From contig DASRWT010000044.1 in assembly GCA_035654455.1 (NCBI GenBank), positions 10,926 through 74,925 of the forward strand: DNA of 64,000 nucleotides, in the 5' to 3' direction. Below are positions 51,614-61,827 of the stretch, in pieces. This stretch comes from Candidatus Nitrosocosmicus sp. (GTDB lineage Bacteria; Methylomirabilota; Methylomirabilia; Rokubacteriales; CSP1-6). The translations under genes and the position numbers were made by a program. Every line of letters begins with the position of its first letter. The first letter of the stretch is position 1. Under the pieces are notes generated by a model. It was not told where the DNA came from. It ran no database searches and saw only the letters and a list, made by a program, of their open reading frames with translations.

Positions 51614-53082
51614 GCGGCTTGCCGGTGGCGCTCAAGGCCGCGTCCTTCCACGTGCGGAGCCTGCGCACGCGCCTGCCCTTCCGCTACGGCATCGTCACCC
51701 TCACCCATTTCCCGCTCCTGCATCTCGCCGTCGAGGTGGAGACCGCGGACGGCCGGCGGGGCCGCGGCTTCGCCGCCGACAACCTGCCCCCCAAGTGGTT
51801 CGACAAGGACCCGCGGAAGAGCTTCCGCGACAATGTCGAGGACGAGCTGGCGTCCATCCGGGCCGCCGAGACCGCCTACCTCGACGCCGGGCGGGCGCCC
51901 CGCGCGCTCTTCGACATCTGGGAAGAGGCGTACGGCGCCTCCCGCCGGCAGAGCCGGAGCCTGGGGCTCAATGGGCTGACCGCGTCCTTCGGCTCCTCGT
52001 TCTTCGAGCGAGCGCTCGCAGACGCCGCCGGGCGCCTGGCCGGCCTCGACGTGGTGGGCATGCTGCGGGCGAACACGCTGGGCCTCCGGCCGGAGGCGGC
52101 GCACCCCGGGCTGACGCTCGAGCACGTGCAGGCGTGGGCGATGGCGCCGCCGCCGGAGCACGTCGCCGTGCGCCACACCGTGGGCCTCCTCGATCCCATC
52201 GTCGCCGCCGACGTGCCCGCGGACGGCTGGCTGCACGACGGCCTGCCCCAGACGCTCGAGGAATGCGTCACCGCGTATGGCCTCACCCACTTCAAGCTGA
52301 AAGTGGGGGGCTCGCTCGACGCGGACCTCGACCGCCTGGCCGCCATCGCGGCCACGCTCGACCGCCTCGTCCCCGGGCGCTATGTGGCGACCCTCGACGG
52401 CAACGAGCAGTACAAGTCCATGGGCGACTTCGCGCGCCTGGTGGACGCGATGGAGCGGACGCCCGCGCTCGCGCGCCTCGTCGCCGCCATCGCCTTCATC
52501 GAGCAGCCGCTCGATCGCGCGATTGCCCTCGATCCCCTCGCCACCGAGGGGCTGGGAGAGCTGGGCCGGCGCATCCCCATGCTCATCGACGAGAGCGACG
52601 CCGAGCTGGACTCCTTCCGCGCCGCGGTCACACTCGGCTACCGGGGCGTCTCCACCAAGAACTGCAAGGGCGTCGTGAAGTCCATCCTCAACCGCTCGCT
52701 GGTGGAGCGGGAGAACCGCGGCCGCGCGCCCGCCGCGCGGCTCTTCATGAGCGCGGAAGACCTCACCAATGTCCCGGTGGTGCCGCTGCAGCAGGATCTC
52801 GCCACCGTGCGCGCCCTCGGGATCGGCCATGTGGAGCGGAACGGGCACCACTACGTGCGGGGCCTCGCCCACTGCTCCTCCGCCGAGCGCGGTCTCGCCA
52901 CCCGGCACCACCCCGATCTCTACGAGGGCGACGCGCGCGAGGCACGGCTCCGGATCGAGGGCGGGCGGCTCCGCGTGGGCTCCCTCGCCGCCCCCGGCTA
53001 CGGCGTCGGCTTCGACCCGGATCTGGGCTCGATGACGCCACTCGAGCGGTGGAGCCCGGCCGACGTGGAGAGCCGCGCGTGA
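51610..53082 (+). CDS. enolase-superfamily (mandelate racemase / muconate lactonizing-like) enzyme
   Basis: KxK (FKLKVGG) and metal ligands LDGNEQY, IEQP and IDESD. Confidence 0.7.
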   Translation: MSGLPVALKAASFHVRSLRTRLPFRYGIVTLTHFPLLHLAVEVETADGRRGRGFAADNLPPKWFDKDPRKSFRDNVEDELASIRAAETAYLDAGRAPRALFDIWEEAYGASRRQSRSLGLNGLTASFGSSFFERALADAAGRLAGLDVVGMLRANTLGLRPEAAHPGLTLEHVQAWAMAPPPEHVAVRHTVGLLDPIVAADVPADGWLHDGLPQTLEECVTAYGLTHFKLKVGGSLDADLDRLAAIAATLDRLVPGRYVATLDGNEQYKSMGDFARLVDAMERTPALARLVAAIAFIEQPLDRAIALDPLATEGLGELGRRIPMLIDESDAELDSFRAAVTLGYRGVSTKNCKGVVKSILNRSLVERENRGRAPAARLFMSAEDLTNVPVVPLQQDLATVRALGIGHVERNGHHYVRGLAHCSSAERGLATRHHPDLYEGDAREARLRIEGGRLRVGSLAAPGYGVGFDPDLGSMTPLERWSPADVESRA

Positions 53083-54122
53083 TCGCCTACCGGGCGAACC
53101 GCTCGTTCGCGTGGAACGCGGCGCATCCGCCCAAGCTGCCGGCGCGGCCGCGCAAGCGCATCGCCCATCCGCCGGCGCTGCTCTTCGGGCGGCGCGTGGC
53201 GAGCCCCATCGGCATCGCCGCGGGGCCGCTCCCGAACTCGAAGTGGATCGAGGCCTATGCGAGGCTCGGCTACGGCATCTTCACCTACAAGACGGTGCGC
53301 AGCGCGGCCCGGCTGGCCTACCCGGCGCCCAACCTCCTCTTCTGCCGGCTCGGAGATCCCGCGGTGGCGGAGGCCAAGGCGCCGCGCAAGCTCGATCCCG
53401 CCGCGGTCACCTGGGCCACCTCGTTCGGCCTGCCCTCGGCCGCGCCGGACGCGTGGCGCGCCGACGTCAAGCGCGCGCGCGCCAAGCTCGCCGCGGATCA
53501 GCTCCTGCTCGTGAGCGTGGTGGGAACGCCCGCGCCGGGCGGCGACGCCGAGCAGCTCGCGCAGGACTATGCCACCTGCGCGCGCTGGGCGGCGGAGGCG
53601 GGGGCGGATGTGGTGGAGGTGCATCTGTCGTGTCCCAACACCTCGGCCGAGCAGGCCCACATGGTCTACGAGGACAAGGAGCTGGCGGGTCTCATCGTCG
53701 AGCGCGTGCGCCGCGTGACGGGCGGGGTGCCGCTGGTGGCAAAGCTGGGCGCGCTGGCCGGCCCGCGCGCGCTTCACGAGCTGGCCACGCGCCTGGCCCC
53801 CTGGCTCGACGGCTTCGTCCTCGTCAACGGCCTGCAGCGGAAGGTGATCAAGCCCGAGGGCAATCCCGCCTTTCCCGGGACGGGCCGGGACCTGGCGGGC
53901 GTGGTCGGCGCCGGCGTCTACGACACCTGCCGGATCCAGGTGGAGGAGCTGCTCGCCTGGCGCAAGGCCGGCGCCTGGGATCGCGCGATCTTCGCCGTGG
54001 GCGGCCTCACCACCGCCGCTCGCGCCCGCGCCGCCCTCGACGCGGGCGCCAATGCCGCGCTCGTCGCCACCGCCGCGCTGGTCGATCCCCTCTTCGCCGC
54101 GCGCTTCCCCGCGAAGCGGTAG
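53079..54122 (+). CDS. dihydroorotate-dehydrogenase / dihydropyrimidine-dehydrogenase (PreA)-like TIM-barrel flavoprotein
   Basis: GTGA overlap. IGIAAGP, VHLSCPNT (catalytic Cys motif) and AVGGLTT. Confidence 0.8.
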   Translation: MIAYRANRSFAWNAAHPPKLPARPRKRIAHPPALLFGRRVASPIGIAAGPLPNSKWIEAYARLGYGIFTYKTVRSAARLAYPAPNLLFCRLGDPAVAEAKAPRKLDPAAVTWATSFGLPSAAPDAWRADVKRARAKLAADQLLLVSVVGTPAPGGDAEQLAQDYATCARWAAEAGADVVEVHLSCPNTSAEQAHMVYEDKELAGLIVERVRRVTGGVPLVAKLGALAGPRALHELATRLAPWLDGFVLVNGLQRKVIKPEGNPAFPGTGRDLAGVVGAGVYDTCRIQVEELLAWRKAGAWDRAIFAVGGLTTAARARAALDAGANAALVATAALVDPLFAARFPAKR

Positions 54123-54136
54123 GTCGCGGGGAGCGC

Positions 54137-55336
54137 GTGCGTGCGATAGGCTCGGGTCCCGTGCACACCGTGATCGTCGCGGCCATGCTGATTCTCGCCC
54201 AGGGCGCCGGACTTCCAGACGGGTCCGCGCTCGCGCAGACCCCCGGCACCTGGCAAGAGCTTCCCGACACGCGGCTGACCGAGTCGCGGATCGTGTGCGG
54301 AAACAAGGACGCGCCGGCAGCTCCACCGGGCTGTCTGCCCAAGGGGGTCCCGCACGGTGGCAACAATATCCTCGGGGCCAGCGTGGGGGCGTGGGTCAGC
54401 GGCGACCTCGATACCCAGCGCGGCGAGCTCGTGATTCCTCGGGGCGGCGGGCACGCCGACTGGCCGGGCAATCAGGTGGTGGCGTTCCGACCCCCGGACG
54501 GGAACAAGCCGGGCGAATGGCGACTCCGGCGAGACATGTCCATGGCGTTCCCTCCCATGCCGAAGGGGCCCTTCGCCTCGATCTACTCCGACGACACGCC
54601 CGCCTCGGTCCACTCCTACGACTGCGTGGCGTATCTGGCGAGCGTCGATCGGATGTGGAGCGCGGGGGGCATCTACTGGTCCCCGGCCGGCAACTCCGAC
54701 CGCGTCACCTTCTGGTGGAATCCCGGAGACGCGTCATGGGCGCGAAAGGCCGACCGCCCGGGCGGCTATGGCTGCGCGAGCGTGTGGGATCCGCGCGGGG
54801 AGCGCGTGCTGATCCGGCTGTCGGGCGAGTTCGTCGCCTATGCCCCCAGGACCGACACCTACACGAAACTCTTTGGACAGCAGGGCGGCATCATGTCCTC
54901 GAGCTCCTCCCTCGCCCTGGATCCGGCCGGGCGCAAGATCTATCGGCTCGCTCCGCCCGCGAAATCGCCCAGTATCCGGATGATCGACCTGGAGGCGCTG
55001 GACGCGAAGGAGCAGGTGCTGGCCACCGAGGGTGACGTCGGCATCGAGAATCTCGCCGGCGTCGCGCTGCGGGTCCACGCGGGGCGCGTGATCGGCGTGG
55101 GCAAGACGGAAGACGGCAAGCACGGCGCCCTTCACATCCTCGATCCCACCAATTGCGGGCGCGCCATCCAGCCCAAGTGCCGCTGGGAGCGCCACGTGCC
55201 TGCCGACGAGGTGCATCCGCCGCCGCCGGTGGCGCAGGGCGTGTGGAAGCGCTTCTTCGAGCTGGGCGGGCGCTTCTACTACGTGAACAGCGCCGGCCAG
55301 AACGTCTGGGTGTTCACGCCGGCCGCCGCCCGCTGA
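54137..55336 (+). CDS. secreted hypothetical protein
   Basis: Hydrophobic N-terminus. No family recognised. The GTG start is uncertain. Confidence 0.5.
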   Translation: MRAIGSGPVHTVIVAAMLILAQGAGLPDGSALAQTPGTWQELPDTRLTESRIVCGNKDAPAAPPGCLPKGVPHGGNNILGASVGAWVSGDLDTQRGELVIPRGGGHADWPGNQVVAFRPPDGNKPGEWRLRRDMSMAFPPMPKGPFASIYSDDTPASVHSYDCVAYLASVDRMWSAGGIYWSPAGNSDRVTFWWNPGDASWARKADRPGGYGCASVWDPRGERVLIRLSGEFVAYAPRTDTYTKLFGQQGGIMSSSSSLALDPAGRKIYRLAPPAKSPSIRMIDLEALDAKEQVLATEGDVGIENLAGVALRVHAGRVIGVGKTEDGKHGALHILDPTNCGRAIQPKCRWERHVPADEVHPPPPVAQGVWKRFFELGGRFYYVNSAGQNVWVFTPAAAR

Positions 55337-55340
55337 GACA

Positions 55341-56771
55341 TCAGCGCGGCACCACGGCCGGGATGCGGTCGGCCCAGGGGTGGGCCGCCTCGAAGACCGC
55401 CGCCGCCCGCAGCACCGCCGCCTCGCCCCCGCGCTTCCCCACGATCTGGAGCCCCACCGGCAGGCCGTCCCGCGTGAAGCCGGCCGGGATCGATATCGCC
55501 GGCAGGCCCAGCACGGAGAAGGCGTAGGTCAGGAAGGACCGCTGGAGCATCTTCCCTACCGGCTTGCCGTCCACCGTCATCGCATGACTTTGCTCGAGGG
55601 GGAACGGCGGCGTGGATGACGTCGGCGTGATCCAGAGATCGCGCCCGGCCAGGAACTCCCGCACGCGATTCCACAGCGCGGTGCGGAGCAGCTCGCCCCG
55701 CGCGACCTCGGCCGAGGTGAGCGCCAGCCCCAGCTCGGTGTTCTCGACCAGGCCCGCCTGCAGCGCCTCGCGGTGCCGCGGCAGCTTCTCCGCGTGGCGC
55801 GCCACCATCAGCAAGCCGCGCGTCAGCCGGACGATCTCCGGCACCTCGGTCATGTCGGGGCAGGCCGGCTCCATGCGCGCCCCCGCCTTGCCGAAGACCT
55901 CCACCGCGGCCCCGAATACCTCGCGCACCTCCCGGTCCACCGCCACCAGCCCGCCCAGATCCGGTGTCCACGCGATGCGCCACCCCTTCACCGACGCGCC
56001 TTTCAGCGCACGCACGAACTCTCCCGTGTCCACCGCATACGAGATCGGCGAGCGCTCGTCGGGACCCGCCATCACCGACAGCATCAGCGCGGCGTCGGCC
56101 ACCGTCCGCGCCATCGGGCCCTCCACCGAGTAGGTGTCCCAGGCGAGCACCGACGGAAAGCGCGGGATGAGCCCGGGCGTGGTGCGAAAGCCGACCACGC
56201 CGCAGTGAGACGCCGGCCCGCGGAGCGACCCGCCCAGATCCGTCCCCTCCGCGATCGGGCACATGCCGGTGGCCAGCGCCGCCGCGGAGCCGCCGCTCGA
56301 CCCGCCGGCGGTGCGGGCGAGGTTCCACGGATTGCGCGTGGCGCCGAAGACCGCGTTCACCGTGTTCGGCCCGAAGGCGAACTCCGGCGTATTGGTCTTG
56401 CCGAGCACGATGGCTCCCGCCTTCCGCAGCCGTTCCACCACCAGCGCGTCCGCCTCCGGCACATGGTCCTTGAACAAGGTGGAGCCGTACGTGGTGAGGA
56501 GGCCCCTGGTCTGGGTCACGTCCTTGATCCCGACCGGCACGCCGAAGAGCGGCGGCAGCGTCTTGCCGCGGCGGAGCCCGGCGGTGGCTTGCCGCGCCTC
56601 CCGCAGCGCGGCGTCCCGTGCCAGCGTGACGAACGCGTTCACCTGGGGATTCACGGCGTCGATGCGGGCCAGCACCGCCTGCATGACCTCCAGCGGCGAG
56701 ACCTTGCGGGCGCGGTAGAGGCGGGCGAGCTGCGCGGCGGGGGTGAAGGCGAGGTCGCGAGGAGGCGTCAT
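55341..56771 (-). CDS. amidase (amidase-signature family)
   Basis: GGSSGGSAAALA signature and a KD..T..G.LTTYGS region. Confidence 0.9.
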   Translation of the reverse strand: MTPPRDLAFTPAAQLARLYRARKVSPLEVMQAVLARIDAVNPQVNAFVTLARDAALREARQATAGLRRGKTLPPLFGVPVGIKDVTQTRGLLTTYGSTLFKDHVPEADALVVERLRKAGAIVLGKTNTPEFAFGPNTVNAVFGATRNPWNLARTAGGSSGGSAAALATGMCPIAEGTDLGGSLRGPASHCGVVGFRTTPGLIPRFPSVLAWDTYSVEGPMARTVADAALMLSVMAGPDERSPISYAVDTGEFVRALKGASVKGWRIAWTPDLGGLVAVDREVREVFGAAVEVFGKAGARMEPACPDMTEVPEIVRLTRGLLMVARHAEKLPRHREALQAGLVENTELGLALTSAEVARGELLRTALWNRVREFLAGRDLWITPTSSTPPFPLEQSHAMTVDGKPVGKMLQRSFLTYAFSVLGLPAISIPAGFTRDGLPVGLQIVGKRGGEAAVLRAAAVFEAAHPWADRIPAVVPR

Positions 56772-56793
56772 TCGACGATTGTAGGCTTTCGGA

Positions 56794-57597
56794 TCATGTA
56801 TCCGCTCGCCTCGCCTCCGGCTGCGGCTCGCCAAACGTCAGCGTCTCGTAGATTTCCAGCGCGAGTCGGCCGAACGCCGGATCCGCGCGCTGGGCCATGG
56901 TGCGCGGACGCGGGAGCGCCACCTCCACCACCCGCGCCACGCGGCCGGGGCGCGGGGTCATCACCACCACGCGATCGGCCAGGAACACCGCCTCGGGAAT
57001 GGAGTGGGTGACGAAGAGGATGGTCTTGCGCTGCTCGGCGGGGCCGGTGGTCTCGCCCCAGACGCGCAGCAGCTCGAGGTTCATCTCGTCGCGCGTCATG
57101 GCGTCCAGCGCGCCGAAGGGCTCGTCCATGAGGAGAATCGGCGGATCCAGTATCAGCGCGCGACACAGCGAGGCCCGCTGCTGCATGCCGCCCGAGAGCT
57201 CGGCGGGGTACTTCTCGGCGAAGCCGGCGAGGCCGGTCGTCCGCAGGAGCTCCCGGGCCCGCTCGCGATAGTCGGCGCGCCGGCGGCCGGCGAGATCCAC
57301 GGGCAGGAGGACATTGTCCAGCAGCCGGCGCCAGCGGAGCAGCACCGGCGCCTGGAAAACCATGCCCACCGCGGGGATGGGCGCGACCACGGGGCGACCT
57401 TCCACGCGGGCGCGCCCCGCGGTGGGGGGCCGGAGTCCCGCCACCACCCGAAGAAGGGTGGATTTCCCGCAGCCCGAGGGGCCGACGAGGGCGACCAGCT
57501 CCCCGCGGCCCACGCCGAACGAGATGCCGCTCAACGCCTCGACGGGGCCGCTCGGCGAGGGATAGGTCATGCCGACGCCGTCGAGCTCGATCAGCAT
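56794..57597 (-). CDS. ABC transporter ATP-binding protein (NitT/TauT family), second system
   Basis: GPSGCGKST, LSGGMQQR and LLMDEP motifs. The ORF track fuses it with upstream out-of-frame sequence. Confidence 0.9.
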   Translation of the reverse strand: MLIELDGVGMTYPSPSGPVEALSGISFGVGRGELVALVGPSGCGKSTLLRVVAGLRPPTAGRARVEGRPVVAPIPAVGMVFQAPVLLRWRRLLDNVLLPVDLAGRRRADYRERARELLRTTGLAGFAEKYPAELSGGMQQRASLCRALILDPPILLMDEPFGALDAMTRDEMNLELLRVWGETTGPAEQRKTILFVTHSIPEAVFLADRVVVMTPRPGRVARVVEVALPRPRTMAQRADPAFGRLALEIYETLTFGEPQPEARRADT

Positions 57598-57632
57598 GGC
57601 CGGGGCCGCGCGCCCGCGGGGCGCATTCCCGG

Positions 57633-58631
57633 CTAGCGCATGCTCTTGGGCGGCTCGATCCGGGTCAGGAAGGAGTTGGTGAACACCTCGTCGCAGCTCA
57701 CCTTTTTCGGGACCTCCATGTACGTGTTGATCAGCTCCACCGTGCGGCACATCTTGGCGCGGTCCATCCAGCCGATCCCGTTCTGCGCATAGCGGTCGGT
57801 CTTCATGAGCTCGAGCCCCAGCATCATGTTCGGCTCGATGAGGGCGAGGTCGATCTCGGGCACGCGCTTCCGGAAGATCTCCAGCGCGGCCTTGGGATTC
57901 TCCATCACGTCCCGCCAGCCCCGGTAGGACGCCTCCAGGAAGTCCTTCAGCACCTTGGGCCGCTCGTTCATCGTCTTCTCGCTCGCCATGATGGACATGG
58001 AGTACGTGTCGAAGCCGTACTGGAACCACGGCATGCGGACGAGGTTCTCCTTGCCCACCGCCTTCTCCCAGAAGGGCTGCCCGGTGGTGTAGTCGGGCAC
58101 GGCATCCGCGCGCTTCTCGGACAGCGCCACGAACTTGGCCGCGGGCTCGATGTTCACCCAGGTCACCTTCTTCTCGTCGATGCCGTTGATGCGCGCGAAG
58201 GCGGGGAAGAGCTGGCGCTGCGAGTCGCCCGGCGGCGCGGCCAGGGTCTTGCCCTCGAGGTCCTTGGGCTTGACGATGCCGGTGTCCTTGCGCGTCCAGA
58301 TGTTCAGCGGCGTGAGGTCGAACACCGCCCCCACCACCTTGATCTTGGCGCCCTTGGCCACCAGCGGGATCACCACGCTGGCATCGGCCAGGCCCACGTC
58401 GGCGCGGCCGGTGTCCACCTTGGCGATGGAGTCGCCCGAGCCCTTGGAGTTCTGGAGCTCGACCTCGAGGCCCTTGTCCCTGTAGTAGCCCTTCTCCAGC
58501 GCCACCCAGTAGGCGGCGTGGTCGCCGACGGCGAACCAGTTCAGCGCGAACACCACCTTCTGCGGCGCCTGGGCAAAGGCGGCGGGGACGAAGCTGAGGG
58601 CGAGGACGGCGGCGAGGACGAGACGGAGCAT
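57633..58631 (-). CDS. ABC substrate-binding protein (NMT1/THI5-like), second system
   Basis: Signal peptide MLRLVLAAVLALSFVPAAFA. AAGGAG SD. Confidence 0.9.
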   Translation of the reverse strand: MLRLVLAAVLALSFVPAAFAQAPQKVVFALNWFAVGDHAAYWVALEKGYYRDKGLEVELQNSKGSGDSIAKVDTGRADVGLADASVVIPLVAKGAKIKVVGAVFDLTPLNIWTRKDTGIVKPKDLEGKTLAAPPGDSQRQLFPAFARINGIDEKKVTWVNIEPAAKFVALSEKRADAVPDYTTGQPFWEKAVGKENLVRMPWFQYGFDTYSMSIMASEKTMNERPKVLKDFLEASYRGWRDVMENPKAALEIFRKRVPEIDLALIEPNMMLGLELMKTDRYAQNGIGWMDRAKMCRTVELINTYMEVPKKVSCDEVFTNSFLTRIEPPKSMR

Positions 58632-58645
58632 GAGCTTCTCCTTGG

Positions 58646-59413
58646 TCACGAGGCGGCGCCGGTCTCCGCCCAGGGGGCGAGCCGGCGCGCGGCAAGGTCG
58701 ACGGCGCCGTAGAGCACGAGGCCGATGACGGAGATCCAGACGAGGGCGGCGAAGGCCACCGGCGTGTTGAGGTTGGTCTGGCTGACGACGATCACGCTGC
58801 CCAGCCCGGCCTGCGAGGCAACGAACTCGCCCACGATGGCGCCCACCACCGCGGCGGTGGCGGTGATCTTGAGCGCGCCGAGGATGTAGGGAAAGGCGTT
58901 CGGGATACGGATAGTGGCGAACACCTTCCACTTGGGCGCGCCGAAGACGCGCCCGAGGTCGAGCATGTCCGACTCCACCTGGGTGAGCCCCACCGCGGTA
59001 TTGATGACCACCGGGAAGAAGCCGATGAGGGCTCCGATGAGCATGTTCGGGAAGATGCCGTAGCCGAGCCACAGGAGAAAGAGCGGCGCCACCGCCACCT
59101 TCGGCAAGGTGTTGACGAAGACCAGGAAGGGCACCAGCGCGCGGGCGGCGGCGGGCGACCACGCGATGGCGGTGCCCAGCAGCACGCCCACCGCGCCCGC
59201 GACGAGGAAGGCGCCCACGATCTCCACGCTGGTGATCCAGATGTGATGCGCCCACGGGATGCGGAAGTCCACCGTGGCCCGCAGCACCGCCCACGGGCCC
59301 GGCAGGAGGTACTCGCGGATCTTGAGCACGGACACCGCGAGCTGCCACGCCGCGAGCAGCGACGCGAAGAGGATCAGCGAGGGCACGTGACGGCGGAGGG
59401 CGGTGGATCGCAT
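58646..59413 (-). CDS. ABC transporter permease, second system
   Basis: Six TM helices and LGRVFGAPKWKVFATIRIP EAA-like loop. Confidence 0.9.
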   Translation of the reverse strand: MRSTALRRHVPSLILFASLLAAWQLAVSVLKIREYLLPGPWAVLRATVDFRIPWAHHIWITSVEIVGAFLVAGAVGVLLGTAIAWSPAAARALVPFLVFVNTLPKVAVAPLFLLWLGYGIFPNMLIGALIGFFPVVINTAVGLTQVESDMLDLGRVFGAPKWKVFATIRIPNAFPYILGALKITATAAVVGAIVGEFVASQAGLGSVIVVSQTNLNTPVAFAALVWISVIGLVLYGAVDLAARRLAPWAETGAAS

Positions 59414-59482
59414 GCGCAGATGCGGCAATTGTCCGGCCGGCCCGCCGGGCCTGTCAATGGCGTTTGTGATAGGTTGAGGACG

Positions 59483-60475
59483 ATGCGCTGGCTCATCGTC
59501 CTGCCCTTCGAGCGGGCCGAGCACATGGGGATGGACCTCCGCGACGAGCTCCGCGCGCTGGGCCACGAGGTCCGGACCTTCGCCTACCGCCGCGACAACC
59601 CGCTCTACAAGAACCGCGGCACCAAGGCCGCCTATCAGCTCTGGATCCTGCGCCGGCTCGAGCGCGCCTGCCTCGACTGGCGCCCGGCGGTGGTGATGGT
59701 GGTCAAGGGCGGGCCCATCACGCCGGGCGTGATCCGCCGGGTCAAGGCGCGAGTGGACACGCTGTTCGTGAATCTCTTCCCCGACAACCCGCTGTGGATG
59801 ATCCCCTTCGAGCATATCGAGGCCTACGATCTCTTCCTCACCAAGGAGCGGTACGCGCTGCGCTCGCTGGAGGGCGTGGGGCTGCGGAACCTCCACTACC
59901 TGCCGCTCTACTGCGTGCCGGAGATGCACCATCCGGTGACGCCCACGCCGGAGCAGGCGCGCCAGCTCCGGGGCACGGTGGCCTTCGTGGGCAGCCACTA
60001 TCCGTATCGCGAGCGCTTGGTGCGCGAGCTGGCCTTCTATCCCATGCGCCTCTGGGGCCGCGGGTGGGACCGCGCGGAGTCGTCCGAGGTGCGCAACCTC
60101 GTCGCGGGCGGACCGGTATGGGGCGAGGCCAAGCTGGCGATCTACTCGGGGGCCACGCTGTCGCTCAACCACCATCACCCGATGAACGACATCGTGGGGG
60201 TGAACACGCGCGCCTTCGAGCTGGCCGCCTCCGGCGCCTGCCAGGTGGCGGATCACAAGGACGAGCTTCCCTCGCTCTTCGTCCCCGGCCACGAGGTGAT
60301 CACCTACCGCGATCTCCACGAGCTGCGCCGCCATCTCGACTACTACCTCGCCCATCCCGACGAGGCGCGCGAGATCGGCCAGAACGCGCTCAAGCGCGCC
60401 CTGGGCGAGCACACGCTGCGGCACCGGATCGAGGAGATCGTCCACGAGCTGGACCGGCGGTTTGGAGTCCACTAG
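59483..60475 (+). CDS. CgeB-family / DUF3880-like glycosyltransferase
   Basis: Recalled similarity to spore-maturation CgeB-type GTs (VAFVGSHYPYR...NTRAFELAASGACQV). Confidence 0.6.
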   Translation: MRWLIVLPFERAEHMGMDLRDELRALGHEVRTFAYRRDNPLYKNRGTKAAYQLWILRRLERACLDWRPAVVMVVKGGPITPGVIRRVKARVDTLFVNLFPDNPLWMIPFEHIEAYDLFLTKERYALRSLEGVGLRNLHYLPLYCVPEMHHPVTPTPEQARQLRGTVAFVGSHYPYRERLVRELAFYPMRLWGRGWDRAESSEVRNLVAGGPVWGEAKLAIYSGATLSLNHHHPMNDIVGVNTRAFELAASGACQVADHKDELPSLFVPGHEVITYRDLHELRRHLDYYLAHPDEAREIGQNALKRALGEHTLRHRIEEIVHELDRRFGVH

Positions 60476-61709
60476 CCTCGCCACCGGGCTCCGCTGCATC
60501 GACTGCGGCGCCACGCATCCGCTGGGCTACACGCTGGAGTGCCGCGCCTGCGCGGGGCTGCTCGAGCTGATCTACGACACTGCCCGGCTGGTCCACGACG
60601 GCCGGGTCCTTCTCGCCGGCACCGGACTGTGGCGCTACGCCGCCGTGCTCCCCATCGCCGACCCGTCCCATCGCGTCACCCTGGGCGAGGGCGGCAGCCC
60701 GTTGCTGGAATGCCCGCGCCTGGCGCGCGAGCTCGGGGTGCGGCGGCTCCTGGTCAAGTACGAGGGCTCCGGCCCCACCGGCACCGTGAAGGACCGCTCC
60801 TCCGCCACCGCGGTCGCCGCCGCGCTCCAGTTCAACTTCCGCGCGACCTCGGTGGTGTCGAGCGGCAATGCCGGCTCCTCGGTGGCTGCCTATTCCGCGC
60901 GGGCGGGCCTGCGGTCGCTGATCTTCGCCTACGAGAAGACGTCCGCGCCCAAGCTCCTGCACATGGCGGCCGCCGCCACCGATCTCGTGCTCTACGCGGG
61001 CGTCTACGACGACCTCATCGGCCTCTGGGATGACCTCGTGGAGCAGCGGCTCTTCTTCGACTGCGGGGCCTCGCGCAATCCCTACAAGCACGAAGGCAAG
61101 AAGACCATCGCCTACGAGATCGCGGAGCAGCTCGACTGGAAGCCGCCCGAGGTCGTGGTGGCGCCGGTGGCGGTGGGCGAGACCTTCATCGCCGCCGCGC
61201 GCGGCTTCGCGGAGATGGAGCAGGCGGGCTGGATCCCCCGCCGGCCGCGCATGGTCGCCGCCCAGGCGACGCGCGCCAACGCCATCTCGAGCGCATGGCG
61301 CGAGAACCGGCCGTTGACCCCGCTCAAGATCGGGTACACGGTCGCGGAGGGCCTCGCCGCCGGCAACCCAGGGAAGAAGGGCGAGTGGGTGCTCCGCATC
61401 CTCCGGGACAGCGGGGGCGTGGCCGGAGACGCCGAGGACGCCGCCATCCTGGCCGCCCAGGCACGGCTGGCGAGGGTCGAGGGGATCTGGGCGGGGCCCA
61501 CCGGAGCGGCCAGCTTCGCCGTCCTCGAGCGGCTCCTCGCGGAGCGCGCCCTGGACCCGGACGGCACAATTTGCGTGATCGTCAGCGAGACCGGGCTCAA
61601 GACTGAGGCCGCCGCCCCGAGCCGACGCGCCACCGCCTTCGACGCCGCCTCGCTGCGCCGGCTGGTGGAGGAGCGGCTCGGCCGCTCCCCGTCCACGTCT
61701 TCGCGCTGA
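60462..61709 (+). CDS. threonine-synthase-like PLP enzyme with N-terminal Zn ribbon
   Basis: TTG start overlapping the previous gene by 14 nt. CIDCG...CRAC ribbon, PLP-Lys motif TGTVKDR and SSGNAG. Confidence 0.8.
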   Translation: MESTSLATGLRCIDCGATHPLGYTLECRACAGLLELIYDTARLVHDGRVLLAGTGLWRYAAVLPIADPSHRVTLGEGGSPLLECPRLARELGVRRLLVKYEGSGPTGTVKDRSSATAVAAALQFNFRATSVVSSGNAGSSVAAYSARAGLRSLIFAYEKTSAPKLLHMAAAATDLVLYAGVYDDLIGLWDDLVEQRLFFDCGASRNPYKHEGKKTIAYEIAEQLDWKPPEVVVAPVAVGETFIAAARGFAEMEQAGWIPRRPRMVAAQATRANAISSAWRENRPLTPLKIGYTVAEGLAAGNPGKKGEWVLRILRDSGGVAGDAEDAAILAAQARLARVEGIWAGPTGAASFAVLERLLAERALDPDGTICVIVSETGLKTEAAAPSRRATAFDAASLRRLVEERLGRSPSTSSR

Positions 61710-61827
61710 CGAGGTTGGTCGATCCGTACCGGCACATTTGACACACCCGCCTGACTGCTCGCGCGCCGGGCTCCGGACGTCAACCGACCCGGACCCAGGA
61801 AAACAGCGGGTTGCAAAAGAGGAGCGT

